From: an uncultured Gemmatimonadales bacterium
GTDB lineage: Bacteria; Gemmatimonadota; Gemmatimonadetes; Longimicrobiales; RSA9
Direction: 5' to 3'
Assembly (NCBI GenBank): GCA_963798845.1
Contig: CAWCUS010000001.1
Span: 736,001 to 800,000 of the forward strand
Length of the DNA: 64,000 bases
Shown: positions 40,570-51,541 of the stretch, piece after piece
Layout: the number at the start of each line of letters is the position of its first letter
How positions within the stretch are numbered: the first letter of the stretch is position 1
Made by a program: the position numbers and the translations under genes
The notes under the pieces: generated by a model
The model's database searches: none
What the model saw: only the letters and a program-made list of their open reading frames with translations
Told to the model about the DNA's origin: nothing

Positions 40570-41481
40570 ATGCCGACCCCGTTCCCACCCGTGCCGCCCC
40601 TCGTCGGTCCGCTCGTCGAGCTGCTCCGCGGCCGTGCGGTCGTGGTGCTCGCGGGCGCGGGGTGCAGCACGGAGTCGGGGATCCCGGACTACCGCGGGCC
40701 GGAGGGGAGCCTGCGCAGGCGGACACCGATGCCGTACCGACAATTCGTCCGGGACGGCGCTGCCAGACAGCGATACTGGAGCCGGAGCGCGATCGGGTGG
40801 CCACGGTTCTCGGCGGCCAGGCCGAACCCGACGCACCGGGCCCTGGCGGCGCTCGAGGCGAGCGGGACCGTGCGCGGCGTCATCACGCAGAACGTGGACG
40901 GGCTCCACCAGGCGGCGGGCAGCCGCAGGGTGGTGGAGCTGCACGGGTCGCTGGCGCGCGTGCGCTGCCTCGAATGCGGCGCCACGGTGGCCCGTGACGT
41001 GCTCCAGGACCGGCTGGAGCACGAAAACGCCGCGTGGTTCCTTCGGCTCCGCCGCGCACCCGAGGGGAGCGCCAGCGAAGCGGCGCCCGATGGCGACGCC
41101 GATCTCCGCATCCCCGTCGACGACTTCCGGGTCCCTGGGTGCGGCGAGTGCGGGGGCGTGCTGAAGCCCGATGTCGTCTTCTTCGGCGAGAACGTGCCGA
41201 CGGGACGGGTGCAGGAGGCGTGGGATCTGTTCGGGGAGGCCGCGGTCCTCCTGGTGGTCGGCTCCTCCCTGACAGTCTACTCCGGCCGCCGCTTCATCTA
41301 CCGCGCGCAGCGGGACGGCGTCCCGGTAGCCGTGGTGAACCTCGGCCGCACGCGCGCCGATGACATCGCCGCAGTGAAGGTCGACGGCCGCACCGGCGAG
41401 GTGCTGCCGCGCCTGGCCGTCGCGCTCGCGCCCGGCGCCGTGACCGGCGGTCTCGATCGCACGCCCACGAGGATGAAATGA
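40570..41481 (+). CDS. NAD-dependent protein deacylase, class II sirtuin (SIRT4/CobB2-like)
   Basis: GAGCSTESGIPDYRG, RQRYWSRS, TQNVDGLH, ELHG, two CxxC motifs, KPDVVFFGE, GSSL. Confidence 0.93.
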   Translation: MPTPFPPVPPLVGPLVELLRGRAVVVLAGAGCSTESGIPDYRGPEGSLRRRTPMPYRQFVRDGAARQRYWSRSAIGWPRFSAARPNPTHRALAALEASGTVRGVITQNVDGLHQAAGSRRVVELHGSLARVRCLECGATVARDVLQDRLEHENAAWFLRLRRAPEGSASEAAPDGDADLRIPVDDFRVPGCGECGGVLKPDVVFFGENVPTGRVQEAWDLFGEAAVLLVVGSSLTVYSGRRFIYRAQRDGVPVAVVNLGRTRADDIAAVKVDGRTGEVLPRLAVALAPGAVTGGLDRTPTRMK

Positions 41482-42458
41482 TGGACATGGACGAGCTGCA
41501 GCGCCGGATCAACGGGTTCCGCGAGAGTCGGGCGCTCCTCACCGCCATCGAGCTCGACCTCTTCACTGCCGTGGGTGGTGGCGCCGGCGCGGCTGCGGTC
41601 GCGGGTGAGCTCGGGACGGACCCGCGCGCCACGGAGGCGCTGCTCAACGCCGTCGCGGCCATGGGAGCCCTCGAGAAGGAGGGCGGGGTGTTCCGCAACA
41701 CGGAGACCACCCGCTCGCACCTGGCGGCGGGCGGCGAGCACGACTCCCGCGCCGCGCTCATGCACGCCGTCCACCTCTGGCCGCGCTGGTCCACGCTCAC
41801 CGAATGCGTGCGCGAGGGGACGTCGGTGCTGAGGCGGACAGGCGCCGGCCGGGACGCGGAGTGGACGGAGGCCTTCATCGCCGCCATGCACCGGAACGCC
41901 GCCGGGCGGGCGCCGCGCGTGGTGGCGGCGATCGGGGTGGAAGGCGTGCGGCGCGTGCTGGACGTGGGCGGCGGCTCGGGCGCGTACGCGATCGCGTTCG
42001 CGCAGGCCGAGCCCGGTCTCGCGGCCGACATCCTGGACGTGCCCGACGTGGTCCCCATCGCACAGCGCCACATCGACGAGGCGGGTCTCGGCGCGCGCGT
42101 GCGGCCGCGCCCTGGCGATTTCCGGACCGATGACCTGGGCCGGGACTACGACCTGGTCTTCCTGTCGGCGATCTGCCACATGAACGGGCCCGACGAGAAC
42201 CGGCGGCTGCTCGGACAAGCGTTCGAGGCGCTGGCGCCGCGGGGCCGCGTCGTCATCCAGGACTTCATCCTGGAGCCGGACAAGACCGCGCCCGAGGTGG
42301 GGGCTTTGTTCGCGCTCAACATGCTGGTGGGGACCCGGTCCGGGAGCTCGTACAGCGAGCCCGAGTACGCGGAATGGCTCCGGGATGCAGGGTTCGTGGA
42401 GGTGCGGCGGGTGCCGCTGTCGGGTCCGACGGACCTGATGGTGGGCCAGCGGCCCTGA
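41478..42458 (+). CDS. SAM-dependent O-methyltransferase (dimerisation + Methyltransf_2 domains)
   Basis: [34 protein letters not shown]. Confidence 0.88.
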   Translation: MMDMDELQRRINGFRESRALLTAIELDLFTAVGGGAGAAAVAGELGTDPRATEALLNAVAAMGALEKEGGVFRNTETTRSHLAAGGEHDSRAALMHAVHLWPRWSTLTECVREGTSVLRRTGAGRDAEWTEAFIAAMHRNAAGRAPRVVAAIGVEGVRRVLDVGGGSGAYAIAFAQAEPGLAADILDVPDVVPIAQRHIDEAGLGARVRPRPGDFRTDDLGRDYDLVFLSAICHMNGPDENRRLLGQAFEALAPRGRVVIQDFILEPDKTAPEVGALFALNMLVGTRSGSSYSEPEYAEWLRDAGFVEVRRVPLSGPTDLMVGQRP

Positions 42459-42510
42459 AGCCGTTGCGCCGCGGCTGGCTCGCCGCTCCCCCACCGCACA
42501 TATTCCTGCC

Positions 42511-43686
42511 ATGGCGAGCGTGCAGCTGAAGGATGTCCGGAAAGTGTATGGCGGCGCCGACGGCCAGGTGGCCGTGGTCGGGGCGACGTTCGACGTGGCG
42601 GACGGCGAGCTCGTGGTCCTGGTCGGCCCGTCGGGGTGCGGCAAGAGCACCACGCTGCGCATGATCGCCGGCCTGGAGGCGGTGACGTCCGGCGAGATCC
42701 GGATCGGCGACCGCGTGGTGAACGACGTTCCGCCCCAGCATCGCGACATCGCCATGGTGTTCCAGAGCTACGCGCTCTACCCGCACATGTCCGTGCGGCA
42801 GAACCTGGCGTTCGGGCTGAAGCTGAGGAAAACGCCGAAAGCCGAGATCACCGAGCGTGTGAGCCGCGCGGCCGGGATCCTGGGCATCGGCGAGATCCTC
42901 GATCGCAAGCCCGCCCAGCTCTCCGGCGGCCAGCGCCAGCGGGTGGCGCTCGGGCGCGCCATGGTGCGCGACCCCCGCGTATTCCTGTTCGACGAGCCGC
43001 TCTCCAACCTGGACGCCAAGCTGCGCGTCCAGATGCGCGCGGAGCTGGCGGCGCTGCACCGGCGCCTCGGCGCGACCATGATCTACGTCACGCACGACCA
43101 GGTCGAGGCCATGACGCTCGGCGACCGCATCGTGGTGCTGAGCGACGGCGTGATCCAGCAGATCGATACTCCCCTGGCGCTCTACGAGCGACCCAGGAAC
43201 CGCTTCGTCGCCGGCTTCCTCGGCAGCCCCGCCATGAATTTCGTCGAGGGGCGCATCGTCGACGACGGGGGGCCCCGCTTTGCCGCGGACGACGACGCGT
43301 TCGTCCTCCCGCTTCCCCCGGGCTGGCACCGGTCGCTCGCCGGCCGCGACGTCCGCCGCGTCACCCTCGGCGTACGCCCCGAGAACGTCTTCGTCCCGGC
43401 CACCGCCGGGGCGGCGGGGCGGGACGGAGCGGAGCGGGGGTCGGGAGGCGGACGGGGTCCGGAGTCGGGGGCCAGCACCGACGCCGCCGAGATCCCGGTT
43501 CACCTCGAAGTGCTCGAGCCGCTCGGAAACGAGGTCTTCATCCACGCCACCACGGGCCCCCACCGCATCACGGCGCGCGTGCCGCCGCAGGAGCTGCCGC
43601 CGGCGGGGAGCGCCGCCACGCTGGCGCTGGACCTCCGCAGGCTCCACTTCTTCGACGGCGAGACGGGGGAGGCGCTGGCGGCGTGA
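42511..43686 (+). CDS. Carbohydrate ABC transporter ATP-binding subunit (MalK/UgpC family)
   Basis: [42 protein letters not shown]-terminal TOBE domain. Confidence 0.95.
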   Translation: MASVQLKDVRKVYGGADGQVAVVGATFDVADGELVVLVGPSGCGKSTTLRMIAGLEAVTSGEIRIGDRVVNDVPPQHRDIAMVFQSYALYPHMSVRQNLAFGLKLRKTPKAEITERVSRAAGILGIGEILDRKPAQLSGGQRQRVALGRAMVRDPRVFLFDEPLSNLDAKLRVQMRAELAALHRRLGATMIYVTHDQVEAMTLGDRIVVLSDGVIQQIDTPLALYERPRNRFVAGFLGSPAMNFVEGRIVDDGGPRFAADDDAFVLPLPPGWHRSLAGRDVRRVTLGVRPENVFVPATAGAAGRDGAERGSGGGRGPESGASTDAAEIPVHLEVLEPLGNEVFIHATTGPHRITARVPPQELPPAGSAATLALDLRRLHFFDGETGEALAA

Positions 43687-45026
43687 GCGAGCCGCTCCGC
43701 GCCCCGCCGGACTTCCTCTGGGGCGCGGCCACGTCCGCGTACCAGGTCGAGGGCTCCCCGCTGGCCGATGGCGCCGGTCCCGGCATCTGGCACCGCTTCA
43801 GCCACACGCCCGGCCGCACCCGCCACGGCGATACGGGCGACGTGGCGTGCGATCATTACCGTCGCTGGCGGGAAGACGTCGCGCTCATGCGGGAGCTGGG
43901 GCTCCAGGCCTATCGCTTCAGCATCGCGTGGGGCCGTGTCCTCCCGGACGGCGCGGGCAGGGTCAACGCGGCCGGACTCGCCTTCTACGACAGGCTGGTG
44001 GACGCGCTGCTCGAGGCCGGGATCCGGCCCATGGTCACCCTGTACCACTGGAATCTCCCGGCCGCCCTGGACGACCGCGGCGGGTGGCTTAGCCCGGATG
44101 CAGCGGACTGGTTCGCCGACTACGCCACCACCGTCTTCCGCGCCCTGGACGACCGCGTGACGCTCTGGACCACGCTCAACGAGCCGTGGGTGGTCATGGA
44201 CGGCGGTTACTTCCAGGGCAGCCTGGCCCCCGGGCACCGGAACGTGTACGAGGCGCCCGTCGTCACGCACAACCTCCTGCGCGCCCACGCCGCGGCCGTT
44301 CGCGCGTACCGCTCGGAGGGGCGCAACGAGATCGGGCTGGTTGTGAACCTGGAGCCGCAGTACCCGGCTACGGACGGGGAGCCGGACCGGGCGGCGGCCG
44401 CGCGCATGGACGCGTACATCAACCGGCAGTACCTCGACCCGGCGCTCCTCGGCCGATATCCCGCCGAGCTCGGTGAAGCGTTCGGCGATGCGTGGCCCGA
44501 CCACGACAAGGCGGACGTGGCGGCGCTGGCCGAGCCGATCGATTTCCTGGGCATCAACTACTACACCCGGCGCGTCACCCGCAACGACCCCGCCGGCGGG
44601 CTGCTGCGGACGGCGCGCGTGCGCCAGCCGCGGAGCACCCACACGGAGATGGACTGGGAAGTCTACCCCGACGGGCTCAGGCGAACGCTGGACATGGTGG
44701 TCGACCGCTACGGCCGGGATCTGCCGCTCTTCATCACCGAGAACGGCGCCGCGTTCTACGACCCGCCGACCGCCCCCGACGACGCGCTCCCCGACCCGCT
44801 CCGCGTGGACTACCTCCGGCACCACATCCGCGAGGTCCTGGAAGCCGCCCGCGACGGCATCCTCCTGCGCGGCTACTTCGCCTGGTCGCTCCTCGACAAC
44901 TTCGAGTGGAGCCATGGCTACTCCAGGCGCTTCGGCCTGGTGCACGTGGACTTCGCCACGCAGCGCCGCACCCTGAAGGCGAGCGCGCGCTACTACGCGG
45001 GCGTCATCGCGGGGGCGGGGGTGTAG
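43683..45026 (+). CDS. GH1 beta-glucosidase
   Basis: [19 protein letters not shown] (acid/base), ITENG (nucleophile), [12 protein letters not shown] start overlaps the ATPase stop. Confidence 0.95.
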   Translation: MSEPLRAPPDFLWGAATSAYQVEGSPLADGAGPGIWHRFSHTPGRTRHGDTGDVACDHYRRWREDVALMRELGLQAYRFSIAWGRVLPDGAGRVNAAGLAFYDRLVDALLEAGIRPMVTLYHWNLPAALDDRGGWLSPDAADWFADYATTVFRALDDRVTLWTTLNEPWVVMDGGYFQGSLAPGHRNVYEAPVVTHNLLRAHAAAVRAYRSEGRNEIGLVVNLEPQYPATDGEPDRAAAARMDAYINRQYLDPALLGRYPAELGEAFGDAWPDHDKADVAALAEPIDFLGINYYTRRVTRNDPAGGLLRTARVRQPRSTHTEMDWEVYPDGLRRTLDMVVDRYGRDLPLFITENGAAFYDPPTAPDDALPDPLRVDYLRHHIREVLEAARDGILLRGYFAWSLLDNFEWSHGYSRRFGLVHVDFATQRRTLKASARYYAGVIAGAGV

Positions 45027-48000
45027 GGGCGCGCCGCGTCATCGCCCAGCGCGACCTCCAGCTCGTGGGCAGCGCCGTCGGCCGGGAGCGGCACCTCGGG
45101 CACCCCGTCGCTCACCGCGACCGCCTGTCCGTCGAGCCAGGCCCGCGTCACGCCGTCCTCCCTGCGCACACGGATCCGCAGCTCGCCCCTGCCGCCGGGG
45201 ATCCGCCACGTGATCCTGAACCCCGGCCAGGCCGCGGGGATGCGCGGGCGCAGCCGGACGCGGTCACCGCCACGCACCTCCAGTCCGAGCACCGACTCCA
45301 GCGCGACGCGGAACATCCACGCCGCCGAGCCCGTGTACCACGTCCACCCGCCCCGCCCCACGTGCGGCTCCTCGCCGTAGACGTCCGCAGCCACCACATA
45401 TGGCTCCACGCGGTAGCGCATCACCTCTGACGGCGAGCGGGCGTGGGTGACCGGGAGAAGCATCTCCAGCAGCGGCGCCGCGCGCTCGACGCGGCCGGCC
45501 TCCGCCAGCGCCCGCACGGCCCACAGCACGCCGTGCGTGTACTGGCCCCCGTTCTCCCGAACGCCGGGGACATACCCCTTGATGTAGCCGGGGTCGTGGG
45601 GCGTGCGGTCGAAGGGCGGGGTCAGGAGCCGGATCAGCCCGTCCTCCTCCGACACCAGCTCCCGTTCCAGCGCGTCCAGCGCCCGCTCCGCCCGCTCCGC
45701 CGGCGCCACCCCGGAGATCACCGCCCAGGCCTGTGCGATGGCGTCGATCCGGCACTCGTTGCTCGCGGACGAGCCGATCGGGTCGCCATCGTCGTAGAAC
45801 GCGCGCCGGTACCATTCGCCGTCCCAGCCGGCGTCGTCGAGGGCCCGCTCCAGCCCGGCCAGGTGATCGACGTAGCGATCCGCGCGCCCGGTGTCGCCCC
45901 GCCCGCGGCAGAGTGGGATCCAGCGCCGGAGGATCGTGGCCAGGAAGAAGCCGAGCCACACGCTCTCGCCTCGCCCCTGGTGACCCACCCGGTTCATCCC
46001 GTCGTTCCAGTCGCCGGAGCCGATGAGCGGCAGGCCGTGGCTGCCGCTGGTGAGCGAGCGGTCGAGGGCGAGGCAGCAGTGGGTGTAGAGGTCGGCGTCA
46101 TCGGACGTCCGCTCCGGGCGCATGAACGCCTCGTCCTCCGCCGGCTTCAGCTCGCGCCCGCGGACGAACGGCGCCCGCTCCGCCAGGATGGCCTCGTCGC
46201 CCGTGACGTCCAGGTAGAACCCGGTGACGTAGGGCAGCCAGAGCAGGTCGTCGGAGAAGCGGGTGCGGACGCCGGCGCTCGCGGGCGGGTGCCACCAGTG
46301 CAGGACGTCGCCTTCCGGGAACTGGTGGGCGGCGTGCAGCATGATCTGCGCGCGCGTGGTCCCCGGGTCCGCGTAGATCAGGGCGGCCGCGTCCTGGAGC
46401 TGGTCCCGGAACCCGAACGCGCCGCCGGACTGGTAGAACGCTGAACGGCCGCGCAGACGGCACGTCACGTCCTGGTAGAGCAGCCAGCCGTTGAGCATGA
46501 GGTCCAGTGCCGGCGACGGCGTCTGGACGCGCAACCGCCCCAGCACGTCCTCCCACGCCGCCTCCACCTCCTCCAGCGCTTCGGTCACGGCGCCGGGCTT
46601 CCGATAGCGCTCGATCATCTCGCGCGCTTCCGGCTCGGACCCTGCCTGGCCGAGGAGGAACCCCACCTCCACGGTCTCCAGCCCGCCTACCTTCAGCGGG
46701 ATCTGCAGCGCAGCGCCCGCGTCCTCCCCCCGTGCCCGCTCCGCCCGCACGTCCTCGCCGGACCGCACCAGCTCCGGAGCCACCAGGTCGCACCGCGGGC
46801 CGAGGAAGGCCCTCCCGTCCGCGCTGGCGAGGACGGCACCGTCCGGGAGCGCAGCCACCACGGCGGCGAACGCCACGGCGTCCTCGAAGTCCTCGGTGGC
46901 CGGGTTCCGGGCGAACACCGCGCCCGTCCGGACGTCGGGCCAGGCCCGCACGTGCCGTCGTGCCTCCGGCCCGGCGCCGAGGACCCACTCGGCGTAGGCG
47001 AACACCGACAGTGAGCGGGGGCGGCGGGTCCGGTTCCGGAGCCGCACGCGCACCAGCTTCACCGGATCGTTGGGCGCCACCAGCTGCCACACGTCCTCCT
47101 CGAGGGCGCGTCCCGTGTGACTGTGGTGGGTGTAGCCGAAGCCGTGGCGCGTCTCGTAGCTGCCCGCTCCGGGGCACGGCCCGGGCAGCGGCGACCAGAA
47201 TTCGCCGTCGTCTTCGTCACGGAGGTACACGGCCTCCCCGTGCGCGTCGGTGACCGGGTCGTTCCGCCAGGGCGTCAGCCGATTGAGGCGGCTGTTCCCC
47301 GCCCACGTGCACCCCGCGCCGGTCTCGGACGCGATGAACCCGATCCGCTCGTTCGCCACCACGTTCACCCACGGCACCGGCGGCAGCGCCAGCAGTCCCG
47401 GCCCCTCGCCGAGCCGGATCACGTACTCCCGCCCGTCCGGCGAGAACCCGCCGTGGCCGTTGAAGAAGAGCAACCCCTCGCCCGGCTGCCGCGGGGGCTG
47501 GCCGGCGGCCGAGGGCCGCGCGGGCCGCACGTCCCGCACCCCCTCCGTCGCCTGCGCGCCGAAGCGGGCCAGGAGCGCGGGCCCGCCGTTCGGCCCGGCG
47601 GCGGGGGTGGTGGTGGGCGGGAATGCGCGGTCACACTCGCGCGCGGTGGAAAACGGGTCGGCCGCGAGACGGGCGTCATCCGGCGATCGCCCGGCAGCGA
47701 GGACGGCCGTGAAGGCGGCGGATCGCCCGGGCTCGAGCACGACGGCCCTGCGCAGGCAGAGCGCAGGGTCGAGCACGCTCCCCACCGTGCCCGAGAGCGC
47801 CACGCGTCCCGGACGCAGCGCCACGGGATCGGCGGCGCTGTGGCCCCGGCCGAGGAAGCGGGCGCGGTCCGTCTCCCGCTCCGGCTCGTCGCCGGCGTCC
47901 GAGTGCGGGACGAGGAGGTGGACGGCGCTCCATGCCGGATCATCCGGGGATCGCGGCCTTCGCCGGGCCAGCAGGCCTTCCACCGCCGACAGGTAAGCGG

Positions 48001-48454
48001 TCTCGACGAAGAGCTTCGAGAACGCCGGGTGGCTCTCGAACGCCTCCGGCCGGTCCAGCGCCACCGGGACGAACGTGGTCACCTCCAGCCGGCGGGGTCG
48101 GTCCGAGCGGTTGGTCAGCGTCATGCGACGCAGCTCCGCCGCGCCGTCTGCGGGCAGCGCCAGCTCCATCACCGTCTCCACGCCGTCGTCCGTCCGCAGC
48201 AGCCGTGGCGCCGCGCTCTCCAGCCACGCGCCGTAACGGTCCGGGCGGAGCGCCCCGGGGCGGAGTCCCGCGCTCCAGTGCTCGCCTGTGTCCAGGTCCC
48301 GGACGTAGATGGCCACGCCACCACACCCGGTGTTGGCGCCGTTCCCTTCCGCCACCGCGATCTCGTCGAACGCGGACCAGCCGCCGCCCAGCGGGTCGAG
48401 CCGGACGGCGAAGTGGCCGTTGTCCAGGACGCGGGCGGCGGGCGCGTCGCTCAT
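44993..48454 (-). CDS. GH94 glycoside phosphorylase resembling the C-terminal region of cyclic beta-1,2-glucan synthase (Cgs/NdvB)
   Basis: Two beta-supersandwich domains (ETDRARFLGRG...LSGTVGSVLDP; FFNGHGGFSPDGREY) plus catalytic barrel (FYQSGGAFGFRDQLQD, GDWNDGMN, ENGGQYTH, GGWTWYTGSA). Confidence 0.9.
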   Translation of the reverse strand: MSDAPAARVLDNGHFAVRLDPLGGGWSAFDEIAVAEGNGANTGCGGVAIYVRDLDTGEHWSAGLRPGALRPDRYGAWLESAAPRLLRTDDGVETVMELALPADGAAELRRMTLTNRSDRPRRLEVTTFVPVALDRPEAFESHPAFSKLFVETAYLSAVEGLLARRRPRSPDDPAWSAVHLLVPHSDAGDEPERETDRARFLGRGHSAADPVALRPGRVALSGTVGSVLDPALCLRRAVVLEPGRSAAFTAVLAAGRSPDDARLAADPFSTARECDRAFPPTTTPAAGPNGGPALLARFGAQATEGVRDVRPARPSAAGQPPRQPGEGLLFFNGHGGFSPDGREYVIRLGEGPGLLALPPVPWVNVVANERIGFIASETGAGCTWAGNSRLNRLTPWRNDPVTDAHGEAVYLRDEDDGEFWSPLPGPCPGAGSYETRHGFGYTHHSHTGRALEEDVWQLVAPNDPVKLVRVRLRNRTRRPRSLSVFAYAEWVLGAGPEARRHVRAWPDVRTGAVFARNPATEDFEDAVAFAAVVAALPDGAVLASADGRAFLGPRCDLVAPELVRSGEDVRAERARGEDAGAALQIPLKVGGLETVEVGFLLGQAGSEPEAREMIERYRKPGAVTEALEEVEAAWEDVLGRLRVQTPSPALDLMLNGWLLYQDVTCRLRGRSAFYQSGGAFGFRDQLQDAAALIYADPGTTRAQIMLHAAHQFPEGDVLHWWHPPASAGVRTRFSDDLLWLPYVTGFYLDVTGDEAILAERAPFVRGRELKPAEDEAFMRPERTSDDADLYTHCCLALDRSLTSGSHGLPLIGSGDWNDGMNRVGHQGRGESVWLGFFLATILRRWIPLCRGRGDTGRADRYVDHLAGLERALDDAGWDGEWYRRAFYDDGDPIGSSASNECRIDAIAQAWAVISGVAPAERAERALDALERELVSEEDGLIRLLTPPFDRTPHDPGYIKGYVPGVRENGGQYTHGVLWAVRALAEAGRVERAAPLLEMLLPVTHARSPSEVMRYRVEPYVVAADVYGEEPHVGRGGWTWYTGSAAWMFRVALESVLGLEVRGGDRVRLRPRIPAAWPGFRITWRIPGGRGELRIRVRREDGVTRAWLDGQAVAVSDGVPEVPLPADGAAHELEVALGDDAARPYTPAPAMTPA

Positions 48455-49272
48455 CCCTTCACGCTTCCGGCCATGATCCCCTGCACGTAGTAGCGCTGGA
48501 GGAGGAGGAAGACGAGCATGACGGGGAGCACGGTGAGGACGGACCCCGCCATCATCAGCTCCGTGTCCTGCGCGTGCTCCCCCACCAGGCTCGCCAGCGC
48601 GACCGGGAGCGTGTACTGCGACTCGTCGCTGAGCACGATGAGCGGCCACATGAAGTCGTTCCACGTGCTCAGGAACGTCCAGATCGCCAGGGTGGCGAGC
48701 ATCGGGACGATGTTCGGGAGCACCACCGACCGGTAGATTCGCAGCTCCCCCGCCCCATCCATCCTCGCCGCGTCCAGCAGGTCGTCCGGGATGGCCAGCG
48801 CGTACTGGCGGATGAGGAAGATCCCGAAGATGCTGGCCAGGCCGGGGATGATGACGCCCCAGTACGTGTTGATCAGGCCCAGCTGCTTCATGATCAGGAA
48901 GAGCGGGAGCATGGCCACCTGCACCGGAACGACGAGCCCCGCCGAGAGCACGCGGAAGAGCGGCTTCCTGGCGCGGAATCGCAGCTTCGCGAAGGCGTAC
49001 CCGGCCATCGAGTTGATGACGAGGGAGAGGATGGTCACGGTGCCCGCGATGATGGCGCTGTTGAGGAAGTAGCGGCCGAGCTGGAGCCGCGTGAACAGCG
49101 CACGGTAGTGCTCGAACGTGAAGTGGCTCGGGAAGAACCGGGGTGGATACGTGTTCGCCTCGCCTGTCGGCATGAGCGATGCCGACACCATCCACGCCAT
49201 AGGGAGCAGCGCCAGCACGGCCCCGGCGGCCAGCACCACGTGGAGCAGGACCGACTTCCAGCGCCCGGTCAC
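48451..49272 (-). CDS. Carbohydrate ABC permease (MalG-like)
   Basis: SMAGYAFAKLRF, DLLDAARMDGA (EAA loop), WNDFMWPL. Confidence 0.93.
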   Translation of the reverse strand: MTGRWKSVLLHVVLAAGAVLALLPMAWMVSASLMPTGEANTYPPRFFPSHFTFEHYRALFTRLQLGRYFLNSAIIAGTVTILSLVINSMAGYAFAKLRFRARKPLFRVLSAGLVVPVQVAMLPLFLIMKQLGLINTYWGVIIPGLASIFGIFLIRQYALAIPDDLLDAARMDGAGELRIYRSVVLPNIVPMLATLAIWTFLSTWNDFMWPLIVLSDESQYTLPVALASLVGEHAQDTELMMAGSVLTVLPVMLVFLLLQRYYVQGIMAGSVKG

Positions 49273-50237
49273 GTCTCGGCCCTCCGCTGCAGCCGGAACT
49301 GGAGGAGCGTGAACACGAGAATGACGACGAACAGGACGAAGGCGATGGCGGCGGCAAAGCCCATGCGCCACCAGCGGAAGCCCTCCTCGTACATGTACAG
49401 CACGACGCTCGTGGTGGCGCGAAGAGGGCCGCCCTGCGTCATCACGTACGGCTCGGCGAACAGCTGGAAGTAGCCGATCATGGTGATGACGGCCACGAAC
49501 AGGAGCACCGGCGCGAGGGCGGGAAGCGTGACGTGCCAGAAGCGGCGAACCGCGCTCGCCCCATCGATCCGGGCAGCTTCGTACAGCTCCTCGGGGATCG
49601 CCTGCAGCCCGGCGATGAAGATCAGCATGTTGTAGCCGAAGTTCTTCCACACGGCCATCACGATGATCGCCGGCATGGCCCAGTGCGGATCCCCCAGCCA
49701 GTCGATCGGGCCGATCCCCACGAGCCCGAGCGCGTAGTTCAGCAGGCCGTAGCGGGTGTGGTAGAGGTACCGCCACACGATCGCCACGGCCACCAGCGTG
49801 GTGACGAACGGCGCGAAGTAGACCGTGCGGAAGAACGTCCGCAGCCGCACCACCCGCACGTTCAGCAGCAGCGCCGCACCCAGGGACACCGCGATCGAGA
49901 GCGGGCCGCCCACCAGGGCGAAGTAGAACGTGTTCTTGAGCGCGGTCCAGAAGAGCGGCGTGTGCAGCAGGCGGGTGTAGTTGGCCAGACCCACGAAGCG
50001 AACGTTGTGCGGGTCCGCGATGCCGTAGATGTCGAAGTCCGTGAAGCTCAGGATCAGCGCCGCGACGACCGGGAGGAAGAAGAAGAGGCCGATGAGCCCC
50101 AGCGCCGGCGCGAGAAAGCCGTAGGCCGCCTTCGAGCCCTCGGGCGAGGCGCCCCGCCACGGCCACGGGCGGCGCCGCGGCCGCGGAGCCGGCTGGCGCA
50201 TGTCGGCCGTCCCCGTGGCCACCGTCGTCTCGCTCAC
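49269..50237 (-). CDS. Carbohydrate ABC permease (MalF-like)
   Basis: FVGLANY, LQAIPEELYEAARIDGA, FQLFAEPYVMT. Confidence 0.93.
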   Translation of the reverse strand: MSETTVATGTADMRQPAPRPRRRPWPWRGASPEGSKAAYGFLAPALGLIGLFFFLPVVAALILSFTDFDIYGIADPHNVRFVGLANYTRLLHTPLFWTALKNTFYFALVGGPLSIAVSLGAALLLNVRVVRLRTFFRTVYFAPFVTTLVAVAIVWRYLYHTRYGLLNYALGLVGIGPIDWLGDPHWAMPAIIVMAVWKNFGYNMLIFIAGLQAIPEELYEAARIDGASAVRRFWHVTLPALAPVLLFVAVITMIGYFQLFAEPYVMTQGGPLRATTSVVLYMYEEGFRWWRMGFAAAIAFVLFVVILVFTLLQFRLQRRAET

Positions 50238-51541
50238 GGCCTGGACCCCCGGGACAGCATCCAGCGCCGCTTGTCCAGGATCCGGTCCACGTCCCGGTCC
50301 AGCCCCGCCAGCGTGCGGTCGATCCCCGTCTCCCCCCGGATCGCCGACTCCGAAGACTCCAGCACCTGCGTGGCGATGTTCTCCCACTCCGGCACTTTCG
50401 GCAGCGGCTCCACCCGCTCGAGCTGGGTCCGGAACGCCGCCGCGTAACGGTTCTCCGCCAGCTCGGGCGACTCCCAGGCCTCCCGCACCGCGGGCAGGTC
50501 CCCGGTCTCCTGGTAGAAGCGTACCTGCTGCGCCGGCCGGGACAGGAACTCGATCAGCCGCCACGCCGCGTCCGAGTGCTCGCTCCCGCGGAAGAGGACC
50601 AGGCTGGATCCGCCAGCCATCGAGATCCCGGGACCATCGGGCCCGGGGAGTGGGGCGGTGGACCAGTCGTCCTGGAGCTCCGGCGGGAGCCGACGACTGA
50701 ACTCGCCGATGTTCCACGGCCCGCTGATGTACATGGCGATGTTCCCGCGCGCGAACTCCTGGTACAGGTTCGCGATCTCCGTGTTGGAGAGCGCGGGCGC
50801 CAGGCTGTCGCGGAAGAGCCCTACGTAGAACTCGAACGCCCGCCGGAAGCGAGGCCCCTCGAAGTCGCCGCGCGTGCCGTTGTCCTGCAGCAGCGGCGCC
50901 CCGGCCTGCATCCCGAAGATGACCGGCTGCGCCCATTCGTTGATCGGAAGCAGAACCGGGTACTGGCCGGGCCCCATTCGCCGCCGCAGCCGCTCCATCG
51001 CCTCCCGCCAACCGGCCCACGTTTCCGGCATCCGATCGTAGCCCACCGCGGCGAGCAGGTCCGTGCGGTAGAACAGCACGCGGGTGTCCACGTACCACGG
51101 GATCCCGTACAGGGTCGTGTCGATGACGTTGGTGGCCCAGATCCCGGCGAAGAAGCGGCTCCGCTCCACCCCGCCCGGGCGCGCCACCCGCCCTCCCAGC
51201 GACTCCAGCGCGTGCAGCGCCGAGAACTCCGGCACCCACGTGTTCCCGAGCTGCGCCACGTCCGGCGTCGAGCCGCCCACCACCGCGGTCAACAGCTTCT
51301 CGTGCGCCGCGGTCCAGGGGATCTGCTGCACGGTCACGCGCACGTCGGGGTTCGCCGCCTCGAACTCCCGCACCAGCGCCTGCACCACCTCCCCTTCCCT
51401 CCCCATCGCCCAGAAGCGCAGCTGTGCCGGACCTTCGTCCCCGCCCGCGCAGCCCGAGAGGAAAAGCAAGCCGGCGAGACCCGCGGCCGCGGCGGAGCGC
51501 GCGCGCCGGGCACGCCCCCGGCTGCCAGCACGAAGCTGCAT
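50234..51541 (-). CDS. Sugar ABC transporter substrate-binding lipoprotein
   Basis: Lipobox LSGC; FWAMGREG, QQIPWTAAHEKLLTA, GIPWYVDTR. Confidence 0.92.
   Translation of the reverse strand: MQLRAGSRGRARRARSAAAAGLAGLLFLSGCAGGDEGPAQLRFWAMGREGEVVQALVREFEAANPDVRVTVQQIPWTAAHEKLLTAVVGGSTPDVAQLGNTWVPEFSALHALESLGGRVARPGGVERSRFFAGIWATNVIDTTLYGIPWYVDTRVLFYRTDLLAAVGYDRMPETWAGWREAMERLRRRMGPGQYPVLLPINEWAQPVIFGMQAGAPLLQDNGTRGDFEGPRFRRAFEFYVGLFRDSLAPALSNTEIANLYQEFARGNIAMYISGPWNIGEFSRRLPPELQDDWSTAPLPGPDGPGISMAGGSSLVLFRGSEHSDAAWRLIEFLSRPAQQVRFYQETGDLPAVREAWESPELAENRYAAAFRTQLERVEPLPKVPEWENIATQVLESSESAIRGETGIDRTLAGLDRDVDRILDKRRWMLSRGSRP

Noticed and set aside
40570..41481. Sir2 anti-phage defence system (Thoeris/DSR/Sir2-HerA) together with the neighbouring ATPase
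   Set aside because: It is a canonical Zn-binding class II deacylase; the ATPase is KaiC-like, not HerA, and is transcribed divergently.
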